Of a stretch of 64,000 nucleotides of DNA, positions 28,001 to 36,500 are shown piece after piece. The position numbers and the translations under genes were made by a program. Under the pieces are notes generated by a model. It did not search any database. It saw only the letters and a list, made by a program, of their open reading frames with translations, and was not told the DNA's origin. Each line of letters begins with the position of its first letter. Within the stretch, counting starts at the first letter, position 1. Source of the DNA: Chthoniobacteraceae bacterium (GTDB taxonomy: Bacteria; Verrucomicrobiota; Verrucomicrobiia; Chthoniobacterales; Chthoniobacteraceae); assembly GCA_040081625.1 (NCBI GenBank), contig JBEBGD010000016.1:9938-73937 (forward strand), in the 5' to 3' direction.

Positions 28001-30530
28001 CCGTCTTCACCTTCACGGTGATCGCCTGTCCGCTCGCATTGTCCGGGCCGGGCGAAAACTGCGCGCCGCCGATGTCGCGATTCACCGCCGGATCGTGATA
28101 CACGTAGGTCGCCGTGCCCGCGTTGCTGTTCGTGCCGGCGCCGTTGTTGATCGTGAATCCCTCGGTGCCAATCGTGCAGCGATACGTCTCCGCGCCGGGC
28201 GAGCCGATGACGTTTCGCGACACGCTCTTCGCTGCAAACTTCTCCGCGGCGCGCCGCACGAACTGCATCTGCTCGAAGCCGAGAAACGTATCGGTCGAGA
28301 TCGTCGGCGGGCGGTCGCGCTTGTCGCCCGTCGTCGGCCCGAGTGGGATGTGCGAGTTGATGTCCACGCCTCCGTCGAGCGCCATGAGGATGTTCTCCGC
28401 GGAGCCGTCGGCGCGCGCGATGAACCTGAGGTTCGCGCCGTCCGTCACGCGTGGGATCGCGATGCTGTATTTGTAGTCGGTCGTGTTTGCGTCCGGCAGG
28501 TTGTAGGGATTGAAGGCCTTGTCGCCGTCCCGCCCGTCCTTCCGCTCGACCGTCACCGTGCCGACGTTCCCGCCATTCTGCTGGATCGTGATCGGCGCGA
28601 CCGACGAACCCGCGAACACGTTCGTCTGCTCCGGGCTGCGCCACGAAAAGGCGAAGTAACCGCCTGGCGGGACGACGACCTCCTTGAGGTTCGACGCATA
28701 GCTGTAAAAGCCGCCGCCGTAGGTCGAGTAGTTGAAGAGATAGGCGTCGTTCGATGTCCCGCCCTGCGCGCCAAAGCCCACCGTAGCGCCGGCCGCCTCC
28801 GGCTTGTCGTTGATCTTGCGCCCGTTGGAATAGTTGTCGTTGAGGAGGAAGATCATCGTCGCGCCGTCCGCTTCGCTCATCCCGCCGTTTTCGCGCTTGT
28901 CCACGCGCAGATAGGCGACCAAGTCCTCATCGCTCCACACGCCGCGCTGATCGCCCCGGGCGAAGTGATTGTGGATGTAGCAGAGATTCGGCAACCGCCC
29001 GTCGTCGTATTGGCCGAGGAAGTTCGTGTTCGCGAGCCGCGGAAAAGCGCCACCGCTCTGGCTGAGAACGCCTGCGTGGTTATTGCCGTCCGTATAGACC
29101 AGTGGCAGTCCGGCGCGCGTGAAGTAGTAGGCGTGCTGGAGTTCGCGACGCGCGGCGTAGTCGTTGTCGTGGCTTTGCGCGTGCGTCACACCGAGGCTCG
29201 CCGCGAAGCCGCCCGCGCCCGGCTGATCGAATCCCTGCAAGCCGCTCGAGGGATTGCCCAGCTTGCTGTTCAACTCGTTGCGCAGGTCGTTGTCCACGAG
29301 CCGCATCCCCGCATCCCAGTAGCCGCCAAAGCCCGGCGGCTGCCCCAGGTGCTCGCCAAACATCATCGCATCGTCGCGCCCCTGCTCGGTGTCGAAGACC
29401 GTGTCGCGGTGATTGTCCCAGTCGCTGAAGCCGCGCGTGAGATTGAACTGCTCCTGCGACTGCCCGAGGTAGCCCGCGCTCGACTTGTCCTTATCCGAGC
29501 CACTCATCTGACCGAAGAAATAATCCGGCACGTGCTTCACCGCGTCGAGCCGCAGACCATCGACGTGCGTGCGATCCATCAGCCAGCGCGACGCGCGGAT
29601 GAGCATCGCATTCACGTCCTCCACCACGGGGTTGCCCATGTTGTATTTCCCGTCGCCGAAGCCGAACGCCGGGGTCTGTCGCGATGGATTCGCGGGATCG
29701 ACACCCGTGTCGGTGAAGGGCTCGCTCGCCTCGCCGGCGTCGTGCTGGCCGTTGCTGTTCGCATCCACGAAATCGAAGCGCCCGTTGCCCGCCGAGTTCG
29801 CGACGCCCGCGACGCCGATGTCCTGCCACGGCTCCTTGTTTGCGAACGTATAAACCGTGAACGACCCGCCGGTATTCGACACGGTAATCGGCAGGTCGGT
29901 ATCGAGGTAATAGTCCGGGTTGTTCGGCTGCCGCACGAAGGAGATCTTCGGGATGTCGTCGCCTTCGTTGCGTCCGTGGTTCGTGTTCGGCGACTCGTGC
30001 GCGATGTCGATGAGATCGGCGAGCCCGAGATTCTGCACCTGCCACGCCGAGTTCCAGTCGCGGGTGTTGTCCCACTTCCGGTAAAATCCATCCTCGGTCA
30101 CGCGGAGGTGAAAATCCTCCGGCACGAAGCCCGGATACGCGTCGATCGGCGTCGTGGCGTTGAAGCCCGGCACGTCGAACGCATTATGATTCATGATGTT
30201 GTCGAAATAGACGCGGATGCCGAAGCGGTGCGCCGTCTCGATCATCACGCGCAAGTCCGCCTCGGTGCCGTAGCGCGTGCGCACCGTGCCGCGCTGCTCC
30301 TTCCCGCCGAGGTCGAAGCGGTCGAACAAATCGTAGCCGACCGAAAGCCCGCCGGAGCCCTTCGTCGGCGGTGGCACCCAGAGCGAGTTGTAGCCCGCTT
30401 CCGCGAGCTCCGGGATTCGCGCCGTGAGTTCGCGCCAGTCCGTGTTGAAATACTGGAGCATCGCCTCCGCGCGTGCGGACTGCGCGGCGAGCAGCAGCGC
30501 GAGCAGCAGGAGGGCGAGCGTCTTCCTCAC
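21999..30530 (-). CDS. giant secreted multidomain glycoside hydrolase: GH13, TSP3-like acidic repeats, DOMON/CBM9-like and GH57-like modules (2843 aa)
   Basis: GTG start with signal peptide; GH13 GYDLFDRFDLG, DNIMNH, DGLRLDAVKH, FGEH, QSHD; many DxDGDG repeats; GH57-like IHGNQ, FSDHVL, WNPERV, SNWEDF; DVDLDGENEH...GGR resembles the glucanotransferase C-terminal domain. Confidence 0.8.
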   Translation of the reverse strand: MRKTLALLLLALLLAAQSARAEAMLQYFNTDWRELTARIPELAEAGYNSLWVPPPTKGSGGLSVGYDLFDRFDLGGKEQRGTVRTRYGTEADLRVMIETAHRFGIRVYFDNIMNHNAFDVPGFNATTPIDAYPGFVPEDFHLRVTEDGFYRKWDNTRDWNSAWQVQNLGLADLIDIAHESPNTNHGRNEGDDIPKISFVRQPNNPDYYLDTDLPITVSNTGGSFTVYTFANKEPWQDIGVAGVANSAGNGRFDFVDANSNGQHDAGEASEPFTDTGVDPANPSRQTPAFGFGDGKYNMGNPVVEDVNAMLIRASRWLMDRTHVDGLRLDAVKHVPDYFFGQMSGSDKDKSSAGYLGQSQEQFNLTRGFSDWDNHRDTVFDTEQGRDDAMMFGEHLGQPPGFGGYWDAGMRLVDNDLRNELNSKLGNPSSGLQGFDQPGAGGFAASLGVTHAQSHDNDYAARRELQHAYYFTRAGLPLVYTDGNNHAGVLSQSGGAFPRLANTNFLGQYDDGRLPNLCYIHNHFARGDQRGVWSDEDLVAYLRVDKRENGGMSEADGATMIFLLNDNYSNGRKINDKPEAAGATVGFGAQGGTSNDAYLFNYSTYGGGFYSYASNLKEVVVPPGGYFAFSWRSPEQTNVFAGSSVAPITIQQNGGNVGTVTVERKDGRDGDKAFNPYNLPDANTTDYKYSIAIPRVTDGANLRFIARADGSAENILMALDGGVDINSHIPLGPTTGDKRDRPPTISTDTFLGFEQMQFVRRAAEKFAAKSVSRNVIGSPGAETYRCTIGTEGFTINNGAGTNSNAGTATYVYHDPAVNRDIGGAQFSPGPDNASGQAITVKVKTAYQFQVNQVWLYYTTDSSAPEGSGGLGKGTTQVVAMAYQEHGLPDGSSITDWWTGTIPAQASGTVLRYKVGALNTTAGSVFPSGAPEVDLKKRMETVFQIPNFNATTAKVRTHNDYSEERTGLAEGFHMLRARAFLSRSGKASIYNTWTQTFYYDTQTPGGEIKFPANNGDTVGGQQYGCVVRTDPSVTEVWVHIDDGDATNNDSATGGQAGNGAGPEPFADANGNGVRDTTEAFTDINANGVFDANVPSAWMKVNEVTPSLNIASAFPREWRFNYRNVPASGTATIKVRLLEVSSSRNMSLSAAGAHVTELTRTVNAAGPNLRMFVAYPQQDGQTVGEGYVMKVRFTDSLANGLTEAQLRARLVVEIASGESGSLAGAVVQSAQTLPIIYNAAPGFHDFQFALPNLYNGVPDFLHTVRVTMNRPSPDTDLVTTREVRAEITQPAVFVSINNPPEIDSDGKKYEIVLPAVAVPTPEQRSFTIEVETGSEATAVAIAFQDNAGTATLISDGTPNPQTQGNHLFWRFLWSNITAGSFAFTANVQTDGDPEPEGTQTRNTTVVFRQIVASNEADEDDDEDGLGDLGEATITPLPAGNSETWTNGQVHVHHAYGGSNPLSPDSDGDGLPDGLEVGWRTAANPPTNPATDTDGDGFPNFIGDLDPPFYNTTDNVGKVPGVNTVAEGGDRAAQRAGSVTNPNNPDTDGDGISDGVEDANRNGWVNGDGKLLQPATTNFATDRPGGVASTDWPNNKMDAGETWTETSPTKADSDEDGLNDGFGEDKDFDGLIAGDTNNNRIHDTGELWTETDPLNADTDGDDLPDGWEVRFGLDPLDDGTLNMRTGGPGVAANGASGDPDNDGFINSIELTNGTDPKSPNTGVPPPPNSIVIGPQTPVIVGGVSNAKEFTDWTSDDLIAFDEYDGDGPNNQGSDIYHRNDGFDSSRDIVAFYAHDGGAIASGGDGNFYFRIDLRDLKPFAEDGGLDAYVVIDTGNPASGEYALPDQVDVATEMRWEAVVAAYSGNNGRVYVDTNNASNTVSINQSPASFGVVARDQNAANGFKKAYFNSDLDAVEFSISRQALLDAGWNGLNPAQLNYQVFTTKDGTANSPVGPGDIGGRNDIRDTITDDFLASDYYADQNFLSQSVNSVLRGKLGAGATNDRGKRAKVITLIHGNQAIVPASNVQALINNAAGAGFHRPLDVHEAYGARAAMHITPTLASAIQWAKVDPVSPRQYRDGPAFNTRIKTLSQAGVLGLIGSTFSDHVLDYFSPTFNASNIGLANEFLGTIYGNTHSTQVLWNPERVANHATLTGIGGLGYGYTFIDQMRHLMKWFGRNSALGNDGYRLNEINGVKCFVINDQASNYRFSNTDGGAALSLRDLLHRKARSGTQDQVVILFSNWEDFTDKTKADAYDRNIRWLASRPWTQLVTPAQIAGGQVDLSQPPDGLGDAWGTVARGTQTALAKTAHDFIDHATQESYDNWFNGQSGREESLRDKRFDIRAGVQLPVGKEFGSVALGTGASGASWAEVLTTGASGLSKLARGTAGAAAFETAFHNQTSSDLRKFSTGAYIVPDTSFQNLAGFSKTAQAQFRFAAVFKRVDTWAAAATAGAYNATALTESGDVDLDGENEHLIFNDRVFAVFERLGGRMTGAWARDIHSGEVLQVAGNLLSYAGSESEVEGATNITGGAVNAHRVSGFRDQFAQTGGAGVGTTNYVNDRYSAALAPVGAGWVFTSSDGKIAKTITLAPRATHLRASYALSGDVNTLYVRFGLSPNLQDLLLNGQANLATANDAAHNEFNAYNQGATTSVRAFVRYGSGTSLQAAAVDRDSGVEFDTINMRNLAQTQQVEVFGGNGMAFSLGMQTGATISADSDGDGLPDWWESLHGLDPNSATGINGGSGDFDSDGKTNAQEFIIGTNPATLDFIQPAVAIGAGGGGTFTLTFPTLRDRLYRIYFTDELGQAFAPVTPDIPGFGAIINWTDNGSQTGGLPSGGNRFYKIEIRLPEPE

Positions 30531-33500
30531 GGCGACGTGGCCCGGGCCCGGACGAACTGCTGCGCGCCGGAGCGGGGGATGCGCGCGCGGATATTTCGCA
30601 CGCCGCCCGCGGTCGAGAGCACTTCGTAGGTGATGCCGCTGCTCGTCCACGTGCCCGTGCCCAGCGTCGGCGAAGTCTCCACCCAATACGTCACGTCTTC
30701 CGCGGCCACGTTCACCGGGAAATCGAGGAAGATCGCATCGACATCGAGCGAGCTGATCGCCACCGGCGACGCTCCGGGCGACTTCGGCGGCAGCCGGAAG
30801 ACGAACTCGCCGAAGTTATTCATGCCGTCGTGATCCGGGTCCGCGGCGTCGCCGCTGATCTGCGGATCGGCCAGCTCACCGGCGGTGAACTCCGCCGTGC
30901 GCCACACCGAGAGGGGTGAGGCGGTCGTGGTGAAGTTGCGCGTCATCTTCGCGCTCCACTCGCTGTTTGCGTCGGCGCTGGAATCCTTGTGCCGCACGCG
31001 AAGCTGATACGCCGCGCCCCAGTCGAGCGTCGCGCGTCCAGCGAGCGCGCCCTCGAACGCGCCGTCGGCGAGCGTCGCGTCGAGAAGCTGCGCGCCGGTC
31101 TGGTTCAGCGCGCTCCACACGCGCTGTGGTGTCGCTACGGTCGTCCAGACTTCCCAGTCCGTCGCCGCGTGCGTGTGCCCCGCGTCCTGATCCGCGAACG
31201 CGCCGCTCTGCATCGCGAGCGAGGCCGCGCTCACCGCAGTCGCGCCGGTCGGCAGATTGATCAGCGGCACGAGCGGTCGATGATTCGCGCCGCCCGCGAT
31301 CTGGTGCAGGCGCGTCGCGGGGATGATCTGCTTCGGCTGGCTCGCGCTCGCCCAAAAGAGCCGGGCCTCTCCGTCGAAGGCGCCGTCGAAGTAGTGCATC
31401 TCCAGGTCGTAGTATTGCCCCGCGACGAGCGTGATCGTGCCGCTCACTTCCGTCGCCGCCTGGCCGATCCACTGATCGACGAGCAGTTGCCCGTTCACCC
31501 ACAGCCGCGCGCCGTCGTCGGTGCGCGTGGTGAAAGTGTAGGTCTCGCTGAACTGCGGCCTCACCCGCGCGCGCCAGCGCACCGAGAAATTGTCGTTGCC
31601 CGCGCCGGGATAAAGCTCGCCGCCGCCGAACCCGAAATCGATCGTCGTGTCCGTGCGCGTGAGCGGCGTGCCGACGAGGCGGAACGATGTGTCGTTCGGG
31701 TAATATTCGCCGCTGATGCCGGTGGGCAGCGCGCTCGTCGAGGTCGTGAAGTTTCGCAGGCCATACGCGCTCCACTCGCTGTTCGCCGCGCCGCTGTTGT
31801 CCTTGTGCCGCACGCGGAGCTGATAGGCCGTTTCATTCGCCAGCGCGGTGAAGCCCGGCTCGAACGTGCCGCTGCCCAGCGTCGCATTCGTGCCGGTCGC
31901 GTTGAGCGCCTTCCACGCGCGCTCGATCGTGCCGCTCGTCGTCCAGATTTCCCAATCCGTCGCCGCGTGCGTCTGCCCGGCATCGACATCCTGGAAGGCG
32001 GCCGTCTGCATCACGATGCCGGACGGATCGGCGAGCTCGCCATCCACCGAGGGCAGCGTCACGACCGGCGTGCGCGGGCGGTGATTCGTCCCGCCGGCGG
32101 GCGCAAAGAGCACGGTGCCCGGCACGATCTGCTCGGCCTGGCTCGCGCTGCTCCAGAACAACCGCGCGACCGCGTCGCCGAAGTTGTCGAAGTAGTGCAT
32201 CTCGAATTCATAGAGCTGCCCGGCGTTGAGCGTGATGTTTCCGTTCCAGCTCGTCGTGCCCTGGTTCACCCACTTGTCGATGATGAGCTGCCCGTTCACC
32301 CACAGCCGCACGCCGTCGTCGGTCTCGGTGCGGAAGGTGTAGGTCTCCGTGAACTGCGGCTTGATCCGTCCGCGCCAGCGCACGCTGAAGTTGTCGTTCG
32401 GGATCCCCGCCATCGGGCTGCCCTGCGCCCAGTCGAACTGGATGTTCGCATCCGCCCGCGTCTGCGGCGTGCCGCTCATCGTGAGGTTCGGCCAATACTC
32501 CGCGTCGAGCCCGAGCGGGCCGTCGGCGCTCACGAAGATCTCGTTGAACGCCGTGAAACCGATCGCGCTGGTGCTGTCCGTCGCCTTCGCCATGACCGAG
32601 TGCGCGCCGGCGCTCGCGGTGGTCCAGGTGAACTCGAACGGCGGGCTCGTGTCCGTGCCGATGGAGATGAAGCCGTCGAAGAACTCGACCTGCGTGATCG
32701 TCGCGCCGCCGGTCGTCGTGTTCGCATTTGCGGCAAAGGCGATCGAGGCCGCGGCCGCGCCGTAGTGCGTGCTCAGGTGCGCGGGGCTGTTGAGTGTCAC
32801 GTTTACCGCGCTCGCGACGGACGAGATTTCGATGAAGCTGAGCTTCGTGTTCGAGCCGCCCGCGCCCTGCGCGAGAGTCAGCGTGCCGTCGGTCACGGTC
32901 ACGTTCGCGGTCGCCTCGATGAACGGATTCTGCGCCGTCGGCGTGCCGCTGAGGAAGGTGCCGCCTTCCGCGGTGACGACGTGCGTGCTGTCGGTCGTCA
33001 GCGGATCGCCGCAGACCAGATGCACGCTGTAGGTCCCATTCGGAACCGCGATCTCCCAGGTGCGCGCGGTGGGCACCGACGAGTGCTTCATGTGGTTGAA
33101 GGTGTCGTAGCGCTGGTCGGGCGAGGCGGCGTTGTTGCGGTCGCGCGCGAAGGCTGTGTTGTCCTCGCTCCAGCCGTAGGTGAAGCCGTTGCCGCGGGCG
33201 CCATAGGTCGCGCCGGTGTCGGCGAGGTAGCCATCGGGGATCGGCGCGCCGGCGGGTTGGAAATTGAGGTGCAGCGCGAGCGCCAGTCCGCTCGAGGAGA
33301 CGCTCACGTTGTCGAAAAGCGCCGTCGCGGTCTGGGTGTTGTTGTGCGCCGTCACCGCGAGGCCGATGTAAGCCGTCGCACTCATCGCGATGGTCGTGCT
33401 TCCCACCTGCGTCCACGCGCCGGGCGTGCTCGCGATGTAGCCGGTGAGCACGTCGCCCTGCCGCCGGATGCGCACGTAGTAGGGCGCGAACTGATCCGGC

Positions 33501-36500
33501 CCGTCGGTGTAGCTCGTGCCGCCGTTCGTCGCCGTGCGCCATTGGAGCTGCGAACCGTGCGCGCTCATCAGCGTCGTGAACGCGTTCTTCGATCCCGAGT
33601 CGAGCGTCTCGCGGATCATCACGCCGGCCTTCGTGTAGGGATCGGTGGCCGAGAGCGACTGCACGCGCGCGACGATCTCGCCGTCGCCCGTGAGCGGCTG
33701 GTAGGTGAAATGGAACGCGTCCGAGTTGCCTTCGATGTCCGCGCCGCTCGCGGACGTGATGAACGTGCCCGACGAGGTCTGATACGTCGCATCGCCCGCG
33801 AAGCCGACGCTGCCAATGTCGGTGTGCAACCACGGCGACGGCAGGGGATCGGCGGGCGGCTGCACGACTTCGGCGATCCACGCCTCGAGCATCGCGATGG
33901 CGCTCTGGTCCACGAGGTTCTTCGCGAGCGGCGGCATCTTGTGCGTCTCCGTCGCGGTGGCCATTCGCTTATACATCATCGACTGATCGACGCTGTCCGG
34001 CACGAGCACCTTCGCGCCGCTGGTGCCGAAGGTCTCCTGCACGATGCCGTTGACGATGCCGGCGCTGCCGAGCGGCGTCTCGAGGCGCGCATCCCAGAAC
34101 GCATGGACGCCGCCGGGCCGGTGGCAGTGCGCGCAGTTCGAGTCGAGATACGAGCGCATCCGGTGCTCGACCGTCGCTCCCGTGTCGCCCAGCGCGGCCA
34201 TCTTCGTGAGCCCCGGGATCGTCGCCTCGAAGGCGCTTTCGCTCAGGCCGGTGTCGAGGTAGCCGGCGTGATTCCACGCGCGGAGCTGGTTGTCGTTCAC
34301 GCCCGTCTCCGCGAAGACGCGCTGAAGATTGCTGATCTGCGTGTTCACGCCGAGCACGCCGGTGGAGACATTCGTGTGGCAGGTCAGGCAGTCCTGCCGG
34401 CCGGGAAAATACCACGGCTGCGTGCGGTCGATGTTGAAGTGGAAGCGCGCCGTCGTCTGCGTGCTGGCGCTGTGGCTGGTCACCGCCATGCCGAAGTAGA
34501 TCGTGCCCGGCAGCGCGAGCGTCTTCGTGGCGTAGAGCGTCCAGTTCACGCCGTCGCGGCTGTGGTAGGCGGTGAAGTCGTTGCCCGCGCGCTTGAGCCG
34601 CAGCCACGCGTTCGGATACCGCACCGCCGGCTGAGGCGAAGCGGGATAGATCGCCGCGCTCGCTCCGCCGTTGGTGTCGCGCGACTGGAACTCGTAGCCG
34701 CCCGTGTTGTTGTTGCGCGCCTCGTTCGTCGGGAAGACGAGCGCCATCACGTTGCGCGAGTTCGCGGCGAGGGACTCACGCGCCATCAGGCCCGCCTTCG
34801 TGTAGAGGTCCGCGCGATCGAGCGACTCGAGGCGCGCGGCGATGTCGAAATCGCCCGTCTTCTGCGTATGCACGAAGCGGAACTGATCGCTCGTGCCGAA
34901 GATGTCCGTGCCGCCCGCGGTGACGGCGTAGCCGCCGTTGAAGCCCGCAGTCGCGCCGGCGCTCGGCCCGCCGATGTCGGTGCTCGTGAGCGTGCCGAGG
35001 CTGACGCTGCCGGTGATCGCCACGTCCTCGGTGACGCCGCTCGTGATAAGGTCCGCGTCGGAGTGATCCGCGCGCCATTTATACGTCATGCCATAGACGT
35101 AGCCGTCGGCGTTGCGCACGAGCACGCGCGTCTCGAGCCGCTTTTTGATCGCCGGGTTGTTGTCGTCGATCGGGAGGTCGAAGTGCTTGAGGAAGACGGA
35201 GCCGTTCGGGAAGGCCCAGTCGCCCGTCGCCGCGTAGCCGATCTGCTGGCCGGTCGGGACTCCGAACCAGCGTTTCTTGTCCGCGCGATCGCTCCACAGC
35301 GGATTGATCACGTCGTAGGCGGTGAAGCCGGAGTTGGGCGTGAGGGTCGCGAGGTTCGACATGAGCCCGGTCGCCGAAAGCGTCGCAGGCAGCGCGGGCG
35401 GCGGTGTGCCGGTGCGCGAGAGCTTGAAGATCTTCCCGCCGCTGCTCGACATCTGGCAGAGGTAGAGCTCGTTGTCCGCATCGACGCCGAAGCTCGAGAG
35501 GCCGACGTAGTTTGAGCCGCTGCTCGGGCCGCCGCCGTTCGGGAGCTGCGCGAGCGCGACCTTCGTAGCGGGTGTGGTGCTCTCGTCGAGATACCAGACG
35601 GTGCCGGTGCCGTTGTCGCCGAAGATGTATTTGCCGCCGAGGTCCGCGGCGAACTCCGTGCCGCGATAGACGTAGCCGCCGATGACGGCGCTGCCTTCGC
35701 TGTGCGAGTAGGAGATCGCCGGTCGCCGGTTCGTGCCGATGAAGGGCTGCGTGAGATCGCCCGTGCTGCCCTCGAAGCGATCCCACTGGAAATTGAGCGC
35801 GCTCTCGCCCGCGCCGATCACGTCGATTTCCTCCCAGTTCGCGAGGCCGACGTCGCCGATGAAGATGCGCCCCGTCACGGGATCGCACGTCATCCGGTGC
35901 GGGCTGCGCAGGCCGATCGAGAAGAACTCCTCGAGCACGCCCGACTGGCCGACGAACGGGTTGTCATTGGGGATGTAGTAATTCTGCGCCACCGAGCCGG
36001 CCGGCTGCGGCAGCCGCGGGATCGGGTGCGAGATGCCGCCGCCGCGCTGGTCCACGTCGATGCGCAGCACGCCGCTGTAGAGCCCGCGGTTGATGATCTG
36101 CGTGTTCACCGAGGATTGCGCGTCGTCGCCGTTGGTGAGGTAGAGGAAGCCGTTCGCCGGGTGGAAGAACATGCCGCCGCCGTTGTGCCAGATGCTCGCG
36201 CTGACCTGGTCGATGAAGATGGTCTCGCTGTTCGGGTCGATCGTGCCGTCGAGGTTCACCGTGAACCGCGCGAGCCGGTCGCGGCACGGCGTGAAGGTCG
36301 GCGGGCGCGAAGTCGCAGAGCCGGCGACGGTGCCCGGGGTGACCCACGTGTAATATAAGAACACGTAGCGGTTGTTCGTCGGCCCGGTGCCGAAGTTCGG
36401 ATGGAAGGCGAGCGCGAGCAGGCCCGAGTCGTCCCAGCCCTGGCATCTGTTCGAGATGTCGAGCGCGAGCGTCTTCGAGGAAGTGGACGGCGCCTTGTCG

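Noticed and set aside
18913..35515. Very long plus-strand ORFs (18913-22035, 22368-25106, 25161-27635, 27663-30629, 30989-35515)
   Set aside because: Antisense shadows of the real minus-strand genes: R/A/V/D-rich with no motifs, as expected in high-GC DNA.
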